Notes: generated by a model from the letters alone, not told the origin. Shown: positions 22,545-36,988, counted from the stretch's first letter. The stretch is DNA of 64,000 nt from Octopus bimaculoides (GCF_001194135.2 NC_068992.1:30982097-31046096), one strand, 5' to 3'. Numbers and translations are program-made.

Positions 22545-23720
22545 ATCTTCCACACGTTAACTTCATTTCCCCTTATTAACAACTGAATTATTTTCTTCCA
22601 TGTAAAGTAACGTTTGATTGTTAAAAAAAGAATTCATGTGTAATTAGTAGCAACCCCTCATTAAAAAAATGGACAAAATTTGATTTGTCAAGTATCTGGA
22701 GAAAACGGTGTCAGCTCTTAAAGAAATTATTTGTGACACGTTTACTGCATTAGAAGAGGATGGTTCAGCTTTATCAAAAGTGTAAAAGTGAGCAGTAAAG
22801 TTTCGGAAAGGAAGGGAGAGTGTTGAAGACTATCCATAATCTGGACGTCCTGCAATTGCCATCACCGCGGATAACATTGATTTTGTTCACCGCATGTTTA
22901 AGGATTACAAGCGATTGACTGAAAATGAAATACGCAACGTTACTGTCATATCTCGTCAAAGAGTTGAGAGTATTTTGCAAAATGAACTTTGCATAACGAC
23001 GGTGTTCTTCTCGGTGGGTTCCAACTTCTTCTGATACATGATCAAAACCGTCCCAGGCTGATAGCATAACGGAGAGATACAAGATTGTTTCAGGTAGGTC
23101 CAACTGGTTTCCACAGCCAGGATTATTAATGATTTCAGCTCTTTGAGCCAGTGACAAAGAGACAATTTGGCAGAAACCCCTCTCCTCACGTGCTCCAAAG
23201 AATGCCAAGGTTATTTCTTCTGCCGGGAAGGTGATTGCCTAAATGTTTAGCTGATCGCCTCGGTTTTTGTAATTATTATTAAAAGCGCCACATCATGAAT
23301 GGATAGTACCATGCCAGCTTGATGAGAGAGATACAAAAGTCTATCGGGAGGGACAAGTAGACTTGTTTCATCAGAACAATGGTCCTTGGTTTCGATGGTT
23401 GCTGTCTGTGACTTGGTCTTTGAACTGATTGATAAGCCTTTCTATTCTACTAATTTGGGGTCATCTGAATAGCGTCTCTTCCCCAACAAGAAAGATAGTA
23501 GGATAGAAACCTGTATATCGCAGTGACGACGGCGTCATATCTGCTGTAGATGATATTTTTGACCAGCTGGAGGAAAGCTTCTTCATAAATAAGATCTAAG
23601 CATTGCACCAATGATGGAAGAAATGTGTGCACCGCAAGGAGGTATATGTTGAAGAATGCATCTCATTTTGTCACATTGCATAAGAGCGTCTTTATAATCC
23701 CGAAATTATTCCATCATATG
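22545..23720 (+). mobile_element. Mariner (DD34D-type) transposon remnant
   Basis: KFRKGRESVEDYP*SGRPAIAITADNIDFVHRM..KRLTENEI..RVESILQNEL is a mariner HTH region. The degraded C-terminus ends ..W.KCVHRKEVYVEE. TIRs were not clearly recovered. Confidence 0.85.
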
Positions 23721-24019
23721 CCAGTGTAGCCAACGCACTATGGGCAACAGCAACATGCAAAGCGAATCTCAGTATATGTTACAACGTATCGTATTTACTC
23801 TAGTAGCTAACGAAATACAGTGTGCATTGATGGATGCAACACAACTACACGTACTATATCCCAACCCTAAGGGAGAGATGCAAGACGGGTCGAAACGATC
23901 GTTGTGCTCAATAAAGATCCTTGTTAAATGCATTTTTCGTTTTCTTCATTCATTATATATATNNNNNNNNNNNNNNNNNNNNNNNNNNNNNNNNNNNNNN
24001 NNNNNNNATATATGTGTGT

Positions 24020-24065
<46 letters not shown>

Positions 24066-25809
24066 ATGTATGTGTATGTGTGTGTGTGTATGCGTGCGTG
24101 TATGCATGTGTGTGTGTGTGTGAAGAGAGAGAAAAAAGATAGAGAACGAGAGAAGCAAATACGAATACATGTGACGGTTTCCTAATATTCATTAATTAAC
24201 TTTACACTAATCAGCATGTTTGAATATATCGTAACATGAAATATAATGTGATTTTCCTCTGTGTGTAGCATAAACTCATTTGAACTGTTTTGTAAGATAA
24301 AAACTTTCTATATACTAATCAGCCTCAGGTGCATTAATGTACTGCGCTGGGCCAGGACGAGAGGAAAAAATGTGTTCACGTAGTATGATAAACCAGGTAA
24401 TTTAACTTTGTTGAGGTTGGTCAAGTTATTGTGAACGCAGCAGTTCTTTTGCTGCTCTCTCGATGTTATGTTTTCGCTATGTAATAATTTTCTTAGCTCT
24501 GTTCAGAGAAAATGTATGTACCAAGGTAATCTGAGAAATTTGTAGCTCGTAGTGAAATATAATATACTGAAACACCGATAGTACTTCGACAGATATGATG
24601 TGCCGTTTAATCGACCTCTTTATGGCAAAGTTAAAACCGCATATTTATTATGACAGTTGCACCTCGGGTTGCATTTAAAAAGTGCCATCATAGTTGCACA
24701 GTCTACTATAGGTGTATCTGAAATTATATGCCCTAAAATGTACGCTACCTATATAGCTATCCGCGACAGGGAAATGGTTTATATCTCGATGATATCATGT
24801 AGGATACTGGGCCTGCTTTTCAAGCAACAGTTTCCATTTCATAAATATTTTCTTCAAGTCATCATGCAATTCGTAACACAACTCATTGCTCTCATTACCT
24901 TGTTGCTAATGTTAGGAGAACTTATCCCATATCCTACATTTACTCTGATGTGCGGTCATTTCTATAAACGTATGTAGCATATTGAGCTCTATCACATGGT
25001 TTCTTGGTTAAATATTCCTTGAAGTATTTTGATTTCGTATCTAAATCATGTTTTGCCATTGGCATATCAGTTCGTTTAGTATTGATGCATTTTATGAAGT
25101 AGTTTCGGCATAGCGCTCGTTATGGCTGTAAACTCTGTGCAGTCCTGAGCTTTAGATTTCCTTAGAAATGGTATAAATATAATTTGTTTCATGTTTGTAT
25201 GTGTGCAAACTCATACATGGTATTATATAAATCTGCTATTAGATCAACGGTTTGATTATCTGCCTTTAATGATTTGCTGGTATTTATCTCATATAGGTAT
25301 CGCGCCATCCTACATTGCCTTTATAGCTTACTCTACTTACTTTTAAAAGATTTCGTTTGCATTAACAGCATCGAAATTGGGCATACACGTTCTGTTGAAA
25401 CCATCGAACGGTTCGTTTATGTATTCAACCAGTCCAGCGCATTTCACTCAGGATCAAACAGTGTGATTCTATTTTTGTCCTTAATGTGAACACTTTTTTA
25501 CTCATGCTTTTGATGTTTGTGATCTCATATTTTATTATACATTTTTAAAGAACTTTTACTAGTTGTTGGGTCCTTCAACATCTTGGCATTGATCATCCAA
25601 GCATTTCGTTTTGCTTTTCTGCATTCAGAAAAAAGATATTTTAGTGAATGATATCTATCTTGATCTTCATTCTGATAGTTTTATTTTCTTGCAGTTTTGT
25701 TAGAATGTCATCAGTCATCTAGTGTTTTTTCTTCTTTTCGTTTTTGTTCCTGTTGCAAGCTTACTAACTTCAAACAGCATTAATATCGAAACCACTAAAA
25801 TCATTATCA

Positions 25810-26390
25810 TAATATTATGTACGGTTCAATCTAATACATGAAGTTGAAACATGGACATTAACAAAAGTATTATCAAATAGATTAGAAACCTTTGAGATGT
25901 TGGAATATTGAAGACATTTGGGGATATCAGGACCAGAGCAGTAAATGAATGGTAAAAGGCAGCAACCAAATAAAGAAATAAAATGGAAAAACAGAAAGAA
26001 AGAAAACTAACAAACATATGCAAAAGAAGCAGAAAACATTAAAGGGAACACACCCGTGTATTTCTGATATTTAATTAGAAAAAATTCCTCACAGAAATTG
26101 TTGATAGAAGGCAAAAGAAGTGAAAAAAGAAAAAAGGTGCAAGAATTGCGTGAAAGGATAATATCGCAAAATATCTGTCCGTCTTAGAATAAAGTATGTC
26201 CAAAAAGATGGAGCATAAATGACTGCAATAGCTTTCAATGGTATTTACATGGTTGAGAGCAGGCGATAGCAGATGAAGAAGTGAATTCTTCTCTAACGCT
26301 AAGAAATACAACAAAATCCCCTACCACAATCCCATGGAAATGTAGAAAACTGGTGTTGGTACATGTTTGATGATAATAACAAACTTCTTT
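25810..26390 (+). mobile_element. RTE-clade LINE 3' remnant
   Basis: VETWTLTKVLSNRLETFEMLEY*RHLGIS matches the RTE C-terminal pattern ETWT...LEAFEM..YRR.L.ISW. The right boundary is uncertain. Confidence 0.5.
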
Positions 26391-27749
26391 TTTATATATC
26401 TATGTTGAATGCTATACCGAATATAGCTATTTAAATTTCTGCACTCTTATGAGTATATAGTTAAGCATTAGAAAGAGACACATTTGACTACAGAAGAATA
26501 GAAAAGATGTTCGATAGTATTGAGAAGAAAGAAAAAGGCGTGTTCACTTCTGGTTAAAGAAGGCATGCAATGTGTCATTCCAGAAGCTAGTCGATACTTC
26601 AGATGCTCATTAAATTAGTTATGGAACAGGAAAACACGACGATGGATAGATTGATATGCAGATTTGTGATTTTGGTGGCTCACCATTAATTAAGCAATCA
26701 ATTAATTCAAAACACAGCATAAATCCAAAAGATGAAATGCATAAATGTAAAAATTACGATGCTACTAATGTACTAAAAACAGAGGTAAGGTATCTTCTGA
26801 CTGACCGTTTGAAAGTTTCGGAAATGTCTCCGGATTACTACATTCATAGTAGATGTCAACCGTTCTGAAAAGGAGGAATGACATTTTCGTAGTATAATGA
26901 CGAGGGCCTAATGATCATATACATAAACTTAATCAATGTAAAGCCCGGCTGAGCAAATACGGTTAATGTTTGGTATTAGGTGGGTGACAGTTAGTTTCGC
27001 GGATAGGCTTATATGAATTAGTTTTGAGATCTAAGGAAGCATCTAAAATGTTAGTCTTAGGTTGGTATCGATAGGAATTTTAAGTCCTAAAGAGTTAAAG
27101 GTAGAAATTAATGGTTTTAATAGGAATCCATAGCGTAACCATCACAATTGTGCGATACTGCTAAAGCATCCTCCTGATATATTCCAATGCTATCGCTTGG
27201 AAATTTGGAATTAAGATGGTTTAATATGTATATACCAAATAAATTGTTTCTATATGGGTTATCATATTAACACAGTGGGACATCGAATAGCTCGCTTTGA
27301 TTATCCTTTTTTCCTCCAAAGAGATGTGTTACTGAATAACAATGTATTACCTGCATGCATAATGAGCTATATTTCTTGCTCTTCAGTTGTTATAATTAAA
27401 AGTACAAACTCTGATGCATCGCCATTTTTTTTATTGTGGGTTTATTTGAACTAAGATATCACCGAGAAGTTGTTACTCCATATCAACTAGTTTGAATGCA
27501 TGTACCTAAGACATTAACATCTGGTTTACGTCTATTTGACATCGAATTAATGTAGCGTTTAATTCGTGTTTTTTTTCTTGTCTCCTCCTTTACAGGCGTC
27601 TCAGGTTTATATGTTATCTGCTCAAAAGACAGCTGACAAACGATCTTATTTTCAGTTTCATAAATGGTGGACTAAATTAATATTTCGATTAGGAAGTCCT
27701 GGGTAGCTCTATTTACAAGATTTCTGATTTTCTATCTAAACTTTTAACG

Positions 27750-27807
<58 letters not shown>
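27750..27807. repeat. (CT)n microsatellite running into an N-gap
   Basis: Read directly from the sequence. Confidence 0.95.
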
Positions 27808-29795
27808 NNNNNNNNNNNNNNNNNNNNNNNNNNNNNNNNNNNNNNNNNNNNNNNNNNNNNNNNNNNNNNNNNNNNNNNNNNNNNNNNNNNNNNNNNNNNN
27901 NNNNNNNNNNNNNNNNNNNNNNNNNNNNNNNNNNNNNNNNNNNNNNNNNNNNNNNNNNNNNNNNNNNNNNNNNNNNNNNNNNNNNNNNNNNNNNNNNNNN
28001 NNNNNNNNNNNNNNNNNNNNNNNNNNNNNNNNNNNNNNNNNNNNNNNNNNNNNNNNNNNNNNNNNNNNNNNNNNNNNNNNNNNNNNNNNNNNNNNNNNNN
28101 NNNNNNNNNNNNNNNNNNNNNNNNNNNNNNNNNNNNNNNNNNNNNNNNNNNNNNNNNNNNNNNNNNNNNNNNNNNNNNNNNNNNNNNNNNNNNATATATG
28201 TATGTATATATGTATGTATATATACCGAATAGATTGTTAGATATTTGAATGGGTGTTCCCAGCAATATACTCAGTAGTTATTCTGGAAGGTCTTGTCTTT
28301 CCGCATGAAACAAGAAAGAAATGTTAAGAAATAGGAACAAATGTCTATGTTCTCTGCAAATTCGTGCATCAAAATGTGCCTCCGCCTGTTCAAATGCTTT
28401 GTATGTGTGTGCGTGTGTGTATGTGTACATGTGTGTTTATACCTTCATGTGTGTGTGTGTGTTTCTGTGTACATGTATGTATACATTTGTGTGTGCGTGT
28501 GTGTTTGTATACATACATTTGTATATTTCTTCAATTTATCAACAATTAATGTTTCTTTTACATTTCATAATTTCAATTTTCAGTACATTCCCCTTGCGGT
28601 GTGAATGTTATTACATTTTACATTGTTAATACATTTCAGAATGTCTGACAGTCGCTTATATAATTTAATTTTCATTTCGTTTCAAATGTAGTTATATAAA
28701 TTCAATTCTATTTAATTCATTTATATATTTGATTTGTTGTGTTTTGCTTTACCTAAAATTTGGGATATCACATAAAATTTAGCAATGATGTGGAAGATAT
28801 GCAAATGTAATATCAATGCTTACACTAACAAAGAACACTTAAATGCACAGAGATTCGTGTACTCACACAATCATATAGTTAATGTTATATGTAAATGTAT
28901 ATATATGTGTGTGTATATACATACGTGCGTACTTACACCAATACATACATATATATATAGTAACACAGAAGAAGTATATACGTATATATATATATANNNN
29001 NNNNNNNNNNNNNNNNNNNNNNNNNNNNNNNNNNNNNNNNNNNNNNNNNNNNNNNNNNNNNNNNNNNNNNNNNNNNNNNNNNNNNNNNNNNNNNNNNNNN
29101 NNNNNNNNNNNNNNNNNNNNNNNNNNNNNNNNNNNNNNNNNNNNNNNNNNNNNNNNNNNNNNNNNNNNNNNNNNNNNNNNNNNNNNNNNNNNNNNNNNNN
29201 NNNNNNNNNNNNNNNNNNNNNNNNNNNNNNNNNNNNNNNNNNNNNNNNNNNNNNNNNNNNNNNNNNNNNNNNNNNNNNNNNNNNNNNNNNNNNNNNNNNN
29301 NNNNNNNNNNNNNNNNNNNNNNNNNNNNNNNNNNNNNNNNNNNNNNNNNNNNNNNNNNNNNNNNNNNNNNNNNNNNNNNNNNNNNNNNNNNNNNNNNNNN
29401 NNNNNNNNNNNNNNNNNNNNNNNNNNNNNNNNNNNNNNNNNNNNNNNNNNNNNNNNNNNNNNNNNNNNNNNNNNNNNNNNNNNNNNNNNNNNNNNNNNNN
29501 NNNNNNNNNNNNNNNNNNNNNNNNNNNNNNNNNNNNNNNNNNNNNNNNNNNNNNNNNNNNNNNNNNNNNNNNNNNNNNNNNNNNNNNNNNNNNNNNNNNN
29601 NNNNNNNNNNNNNNNNNNNNNNNNNNNNNNNNNNNNNNNNNNNNNNNNNNNNNNNNNNNNNNNNNNNNNNNNNNNNNNNNNNNNNNNNNNNNNNNNNNNN
29701 NNNNNNNNNNNNNNNNNNNNNNNNNNNNNNNNNNNNNNNNNNNNNNNNNNNNNNNNNNNNNNNNNNNNNNNNNNNNNNNNNNNNNNNNNNNNNNN

Positions 29796-29836
<41 letters not shown>

Positions 29837-30517
29837 TCTATTTATAATACTGTGTATTTTGCAGTTGAAATGTTAACATTTAAACCAACTAAATTCCAAC
29901 TAGATTCCGTTTTTTAGTTGTTTTTCTTCTGTATCATTCTTGCATTTCCTTACGATACTGTTTGTTTATGTATCAGTATGTGTTTCAGTTGTCCATGCAA
30001 CTGTTGTTAATGTGTTCTTTTTTTATTCATTCTAATGCATCACATATAATTATAATTCAATAGAAAAAATGTTTTACTCGTTAATATCATTTGACACGTG
30101 TAATCTTTAACTTAATTATGTTCAAGAAATTCTTTAATTGAATTTACTAATTTTTTGTGCATGTATATTTATATATACATATTTCTTTTTCTATGTTAGA
30201 GATATATCGACACTTGGTATAGTTCATTGTTAAAGAACAAGGGAAATTTTATAGAATATTACAGAATCCCTCTAGAAAATTATACGTTGTTCTTAGTATT
30301 TATTATGCCCTCATTTCTCATTTGAAGGCAATGGTTATATAAAGATAGTGTCTTTATATGTATCTCCACAACTTTGTATTTCTAATCCATTAAGTGTTGC
30401 TTTCGAAATTATCACTAATACAAAACTTTGTATATTTCTTTATTCCATGGATGAATCCGTCAGTCAAAAGCGAAAACTATTTGCTGTACATTTCAAATAT
30501 TAACTACAATATTTCAG

Positions 30518-30826
30518 AGGATGTAACAAAATGCATAGACAATCTACCTGCATCTGTAAGTTGGCTGTTCTGCTATGTTTCCTCATTCTCCGACTCCAAA
30601 GTTGCCTAATCGAAAAGGCTCAATCTCAAGATGAAGATAAATTGTGTGTGAATGAATAGATAATACTGTTTCACGAAGGGAAAGTCATCTTAAACGTGAC
30701 ACAGATATCATTGCAATTGTTGTCCTCTGAACTGAGAGAGTTGGAACACATAGAAAACATATACAGAACCATACAGAATCCAACAATTCCGTTTATTCTG
30801 CGCTTTGAACTAGTACTCGAATACTG
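30518..30826 (+). CDS. Candidate coding segment: either exons 30518-30555 plus 30660-30826, or one frame with an internal TAG
   Basis: Acceptor atatttcag at 30517, donor TCT|gtaagt at 30556, TAG at 30657-30659, then 56 open codons IILFHEGKVILNVTQ...IPFILRFELVLEYW and donor TG|gtaaaa. Confidence 0.3.
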
Positions 30827-32314
30827 GTAAAATCTATTCTGTGTCACAAATCTTAGTACTAGTCTAATTAGATTATATACCAATATATCTCAATGCAAAT
30901 AAATCCAACGCCCCTGTATTTCTATGTGCAAATGCTCTAATAAAATATCTTCCCTATACAATATAAACAATGGTAGATATAGATGTATGAATCATATTGG
31001 ACGAATATTATCACCACAACACTGCATTGTTCAGTACACAATGCCTTTGTCTGTTATGTGAAACTAAACGTTTCTCGATTTGTCGTGCAATCCCTACTTA
31101 AAATTAAAGTATTCTTTATCTGGCGAGTTTATCAAAATTGTAAAGAAAGGAAGCAAGATTTAATTTCAGGAAAAATATGAGACATAATTAATAATGTTAA
31201 AACGATGAGAGACGTGAGAGCTTTATCAAGTAACATAGTGATAGAAATAGACCTTTGAATATAGGGATTTGAAGCCGTAAGCTTATATTTTTTATAGTGT
31301 GCACTTCGTCATTTTAATGTACTATTCAAGTTCATATTGACGACTGGTTATGGCAAAATGTTAAGTGTATGAGAGTAGTTGGTACCTCCTTAATATGGTT
31401 TTAAAATTGTAACTAACATAATTTGCTGCACCAGTTACAAATGCGCTGGTGGTAGCGAGAAAATGTGGATACCGAATGTTACTTTTTCTCGGTACAATAT
31501 TATACAGATTTGTGAATATAGAAGATATTATATTGTTGCAATGTGCACGAAAATAATTTATTTTTGAGTGTTTACATGGCGATAAGCAAAGCTGTTTAAT
31601 GACAATATGTTTTGCACTTGGGATAACCTCTAGTTAATGTTCCGCGATACATTTTCAAGTTTACAATAGCAAATGAGGAAGTTCTGAGTGTTCTAGGATC
31701 GATCCGCAATTTCATGAAAAGATTTGAAGTGCATATTAAATATGAGTACTGATGAATTTCTCCATGCTTATCGCAGTTTCATCTTCTCCTTTAAATGCAT
31801 TATAATCATCGTGGTCATCATTTTCTTTGGTATCGTCGATGTCATCATGGTCACCGCCGTTGCCATAGTCGTCATCATCACCATAATATTAAAAAGTGCA
31901 TCAAGATAAATCAAAGTTGTTCAAGGCAGACATTGTTAGACTCCTCAAACGCTTTAAGAGATAAGCCTGCGTTAAATATCAGGCACTGCTGCTGAGGTTG
32001 TGACGATACTAAACTTGTTTAATATAAATTATATTGATCGTGTTCTGGTTGTTCTCAGATGTGCTGAGGATGTGGTGCTTGAAAATCCATCAGCTTTTTC
32101 CAATATCAATTGAAGTAGATTGGTTATTTCCGATGTGAAATATGACAGCTCACATTTGGTTAAGTTCTCTCTCAATGCGATGGAAACAATTCAAACGGAG
32201 CGCACTTGCAGTGTTTTATATAAAATTAGATAACTGCGTTATGGTTAGCTGAGAACGGAAATGGTTATTTTTCTCTTTCTATAAAGGCGGAGATATTTAT
32301 TTTACGCAAGAAAT

Positions 32315-32350
<36 letters not shown>

Positions 32351-32849
32351 TTTGATCTGCCAAATTCTATTATTCCTTCATTATTGCACATTTAAAATAT
32401 CACATATATACCCATCGAAAATCGTAATAATAAGTTTTGGTAGAGAACTGTTCAAGAAAAAAAAAAGATTAAACTTCTTATTTACCTTATCCACAACAAT
32501 GAATTTCGAAGGAATAGTTTTATTTGAGAAAATATAATAATGTTATATGCTTTCAAATATATTTCGTCTTAATGTATCTCAGAGATGTCTGTAAGAATGA
32601 ACTGAGGGGTTATTAAACGTCTAATACGAGTCTCACTCACCAAAAAAACATATATATCATAGATATTTTATACGCTCCACTATATAAATGAAATGCAAAA
32701 ATAGAAAGTTTTGTTTATATATTTCTTTTTCTTTATGGCTTTATATGTACCCACATATATACTTCTTTTCCTCAATATTGTCAGGTCCATTGCTATGAGA
32801 AACTCTGCCCGATGTTGCGTTGTGTACATATTGTAACTACATAACATAA

Positions 32850-33600
32850 AATGTGTGAAATTAAGGGACGAAAAAATGGCACTGGTGTGTGTATTTGGTG
32901 TACATCGCTACGGTACCCGATCGGCCGCGTGCAACTCTTATCTGTTATAAAAGTTGTCTGTATTTTTAAATTGATTCTTTTATGCTCTAGCTTCAGATGT
33001 TTGTTCCCGTAGGATGTTTTGTGTGTAACATTTGTGTAATGTGTTTGGGACGTGAGACGAAATTGCATAAAAGTGTTCATGAATTCGTATGCCTGATTGT
33101 ACTTCCGATGTCGACTTCTTTCTTTTGCTTTACGTAAATTTATACATCACATAGGACCACAGATATATATTCTCTTCCTCGATTGGGCAGTTGGGTAGTG
33201 TATATGGGGTGGTTTGTGTTGTCTTGCTTGGTTTGTAGTTAGAATTTTCAGGGAATGACAGGAGTTTGGCAGTCGTATATTCCATCCGTCTTTACGGAAT
33301 GCATTTCAGATTGTATCTCTTGCTTTTTCTTCATGTGTGGCAATTTCAAATCCGCATGTTAACTTTGGCTGTGTGACCTTATCCAGGTGATCTGCTGGTA
33401 AACTGGTGTTTAGTTACAGAGTATGGATAACCATTCCCCAACGAGATTTTTCTGTATTGTAAGATGGTGGTGTTTTTGCTTCTTACATGCTTGCTAATGT
33501 ATTTAATAGACACAAAGTAAACCACTCGTACCACTGCAAGCCTAGTGTAAAAAGACAAAGGTATTAATGAACGCCTCAGAACCCAACACATAGGTAGGAC
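32850..33600 (-). mobile_element. Penelope-like element fragment (GIY-YIG remnant)
   Basis: Minus strand gives NGYP, then VMYKFT..(frameshift) IGSTIR..RIHEH, the GIY-YIG signature of PLEs. Boundaries are approximate. Confidence 0.55.
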
Positions 33601-33696
33601 ACTCATGTAGTGTTAACAATGAGTGCCCCTTGGAAGATCGATGCAAATCGGAGGCAGTATCTAGGAAACAGAGGTGGCGTTCCAAAGTAGCACCAA

Positions 33697-33698
<2 letters not shown>

Positions 33699-33764
<66 letters not shown>

Positions 33765-33795
33765 CAGCAGTAGTAGTAGTAGTAGTGCAGCAGTA
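33699..33795. repeat. (TAG)n microsatellite with CAG interruptions
   Basis: Read directly from the sequence. Confidence 0.95.
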
Positions 33796-34660
33796 TCAAC
33801 GTGAGAACGCACTTAATAATATGTTGGAGCAACGGAAGGCATTTTGAAGACTAAATAACCACACATACACTTTTAGGATCCCAGTGAGGTGAAAATTTAT
33901 GACAGTATAAATGGCGTTTAAAAGTTGAGGGAACGCCTACAGAATGAAAAGGATTCAGCTAGAATAGTTTGGACATATGTTAACGGAAACAAACGGTGCA
34001 GATTGTGAATAGCCTTGAGGATAATGATCCTAAAATATCCACACAATCCGGTTGATTTTCAGAAATCAAAAGCTGACACTTAATCAATGCCCACATGATA
34101 GAATATTTGTTTGGAAACGTGATCTTCTACGTTTGTAGATTCTTGAACGGATAAAAATAAAATATGTTTTCTGACATAGCTGGAATCATTCAAATGCAAG
34201 TAAAGTTCTCCTTCGCAGACAAGACATTTGTCGTTTAAGGTTTCACAAAAGTGAACAAGACAATTTTTACCTCCATTACTAAATATGTCATGTGATTAGG
34301 CCCAGCGATTCTTAGTCGCCTATTTCGACACATGCAATAGTAAGCGTGAAAAAAATGCTAACTTTCTAACCGACCATCATGCAAAATAACTGCGACTAAC
34401 TGTGGGTGACTGTGATATATAAGAATGTTCTTTTGGAAATACCAATATAAACTAAGAAGAAATATTGAATGTATTAAACAGATGCTAAATATGTGGAAGC
34501 CCTACTAATCTCAAAGCGACACTGAATAAATATGATAAAAGTACGAGGAGAATTTCATTGGTGTTTATCAAGTTCATAAATTATTTATTTGCAAATATAA
34601 GAATAACGCGAACATATATTTCTATACTTGAGAGAAATGTAGCTAAAAAAGAGAAAGAAA

Positions 34661-34762
34661 CCGCCATCTTGCGTTAGGTGTAACCAGAATCGACAATTAG
34701 ATAAAACAAGATGGCTACACAAGCTAAACTGAAATTTATTCATAATAGAATGATCCCATTGG
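34661..34762. promoter_or_regulatory. Putative promoter: two divergent YY1-type motifs and a reverse CCAAT box
   Basis: CCGCCATCTTG at 34661-34671, CAAGATGGC at 34707-34715 and ATTGG at 34758-34762. Motif match only. Confidence 0.3.
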
Positions 34763-35039
34763 CTGGCAGCAAAAAAGTTGTGACAACGTCATAGTGCCTA
34801 TTTATGTTTGAGATTTACGTGAGACACATATTTGCGGACAAAGGTTATATACACAGACACACGGACTCACTCGAACGCACACACCCACACGCATGTATAC
34901 ACACACATACAAAACATACACACATATACACAACAGATGTATAATTAGAATTATGTATTTGATATATATAAGTGTATAAAAAATATATAATTAAAATTAT
35001 GTATTTCCTCTTTCTCCCTCTATCTATCTATATATGTAC

Positions 35040-35070
<31 letters not shown>

Positions 35071-35167
35071 GTATATATATACATAAATATACATGTATAT
35101 ATGTACTTATGTATGTGTGAATTTATGTAACAGTATTCATATAATTATATACATATGCATGTACAAA

Positions 35168-35212
<45 letters not shown>

Positions 35213-35634
35213 NNNNNNNNNNNNNNNNNNNNNNNNNNNNNNNNNNNNNNNNNNNNNNNNNNNNNNNNNNNNNNNNNNNNNNNNNNNNNNNNNNNNNNNN
35301 NNNNNNNNNNNNNNNNNNNNNNNNNNNNNNNNNNNNNNNNNNNNNNNNNNNNNNNNNNNNNNNNNNNNNNNNNNNNNNNNNNNNNNNNNNNNNNNNNNNN
35401 NNNNNNNNNNNNNNNNNNNNNNNNNNNNNNNNNNNNNNNNNNNNNNNNNNNNNNNNNNNNNNNNNNNNNNNNNNNNNNNNNNNNNNNNNNNNNNNNNNNN
35501 NNNNNNNNNNNNNNNNNNNNNNNNNNNNNNNNNNNNNNNNNNNNNNNNNNNNNNNNNNNNNNNNNNNNNNNNNNNNNNNNNNNNNNNNNNNNNNNNNNNN
35601 NNNNNNNNNNNNNNNNNNNNNNNNNNNNNNNNNN

Positions 35635-35690
<56 letters not shown>

Positions 35691-36600
35691 TGTTTGTGTC
35701 TATGTATGTATATGTGAAAAGTACTGTCATGGGAAACAATGATTAATTTACAATATTATCACCATGCATCTGTTGTCCCTGAAGGCTATCTGCATCTACA
35801 TAGATTAATTCAGTGATTAAGATGAGAAACCATCGAATAGCCGAATTTTCCCTCTTCGACACTCACAAGCACCATCACTACATTTCTTAAGTTGTATTGC
35901 ATTATTTATAGGTTGAGTGAGAGAGAGAAAGAAAGTGGAAGAGAGAGATAGAGAGGGAGAGAGATAGGGAGACAGAGAGAGAGATAGAGAGAGAGAGAAA
36001 GAGAGCGAGAGAGAGATCTTAGTTTTTCATGTAGTTGAAGTGTGACAATATTGTCGATTACAACTAATTACATATTTCCATGAGAAAAAAAAATTGCATC
36101 AACAGGACAGCATAATCTCGCAACAAAATATTTTCACACGACAGAACGTCGTGAAAAAAAAGGGTGGTATAAATGTTTATTCGTAAATATTACCTTTACG
36201 TAACTTCATTTCTGTCCTGTTTTTTTTTCAGTACGGATACACACACACACACATATATATACATGTATATTTATATCTATATCGATATATATATATATAT
36301 ATATANNNNNNNNNNNNNNNNNNNNNNNNNNNNNNNNNNNNNNNNNNNNNNNNNNNNNNNNNNNNNNNNNNNNNNNNNNNNNNNNNNNNNNNNNNNNNNN
36401 NNNNNNNNNNNNNNNNNNNNNNNNNNNNNNNNNNNNNNNNNNNNNNNNNNNNNNNNNNNNNNNNNNNNNNNNNNNNNNNNNNNNNNNNNNNNNNNNNNNN
36501 NNNNNNNNNNNNNNNNNNNNNNNNNNNNNNNNNNNNNNNNNNNNNNNNNNNNNNNNNNNNNNNNNNNNNNNNNNNNNNNNNNNNNNNNNNNNNNNNNNNN

Positions 36601-36636
<36 letters not shown>

Positions 36637-36951
36637 ACATATATATATATATATATATATATATGCATGCATATATACAAATACATACATACACATATGA
36701 ACATTTATACATTTATAATATATAATATCTGTCTTTGGTTATATATCACAAATATTCTATGGAGTATTAATATTTTGTCCCACCATAATTAGAATCCTAC
36801 ATAAATATTTTATGGTTTAATCACAGTAGAATGTGACAGTTGATAATTCGATCTGGGGAAGAATCTAAATAAAAACTTGTATACTGCATATTTTATTTAT
36901 TTTGTCTTTGAATATTTTTTATATATTTCTCAACATATTGTACATAAATAG

Positions 36952-36988
36952 CCAGTGACAACTATCTTCCAGTGGATTTGTATATTCA
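36952..36988 (+). CDS. Candidate 37-nt exon
   Basis: Donor TCA|gtgagt is strong and acceptor aaatag is weak. Frame SDNYLPVDLYI(Q) ends in phase 2, compatible with 37254. Confidence 0.3.

Noticed and set aside
24600-25250. Possible minus-strand Penelope remnant (KIFMKWKLLL..., FKCNPRCNC)
   Set aside because: The motifs are too degraded to call without a search.
26650-26783. ICDFG as a protein-kinase DFG exon (donor GAG|gtaagg)
   Set aside because: The acceptor is weak, no APE-like activation segment follows, and no other kinase motifs were found nearby.
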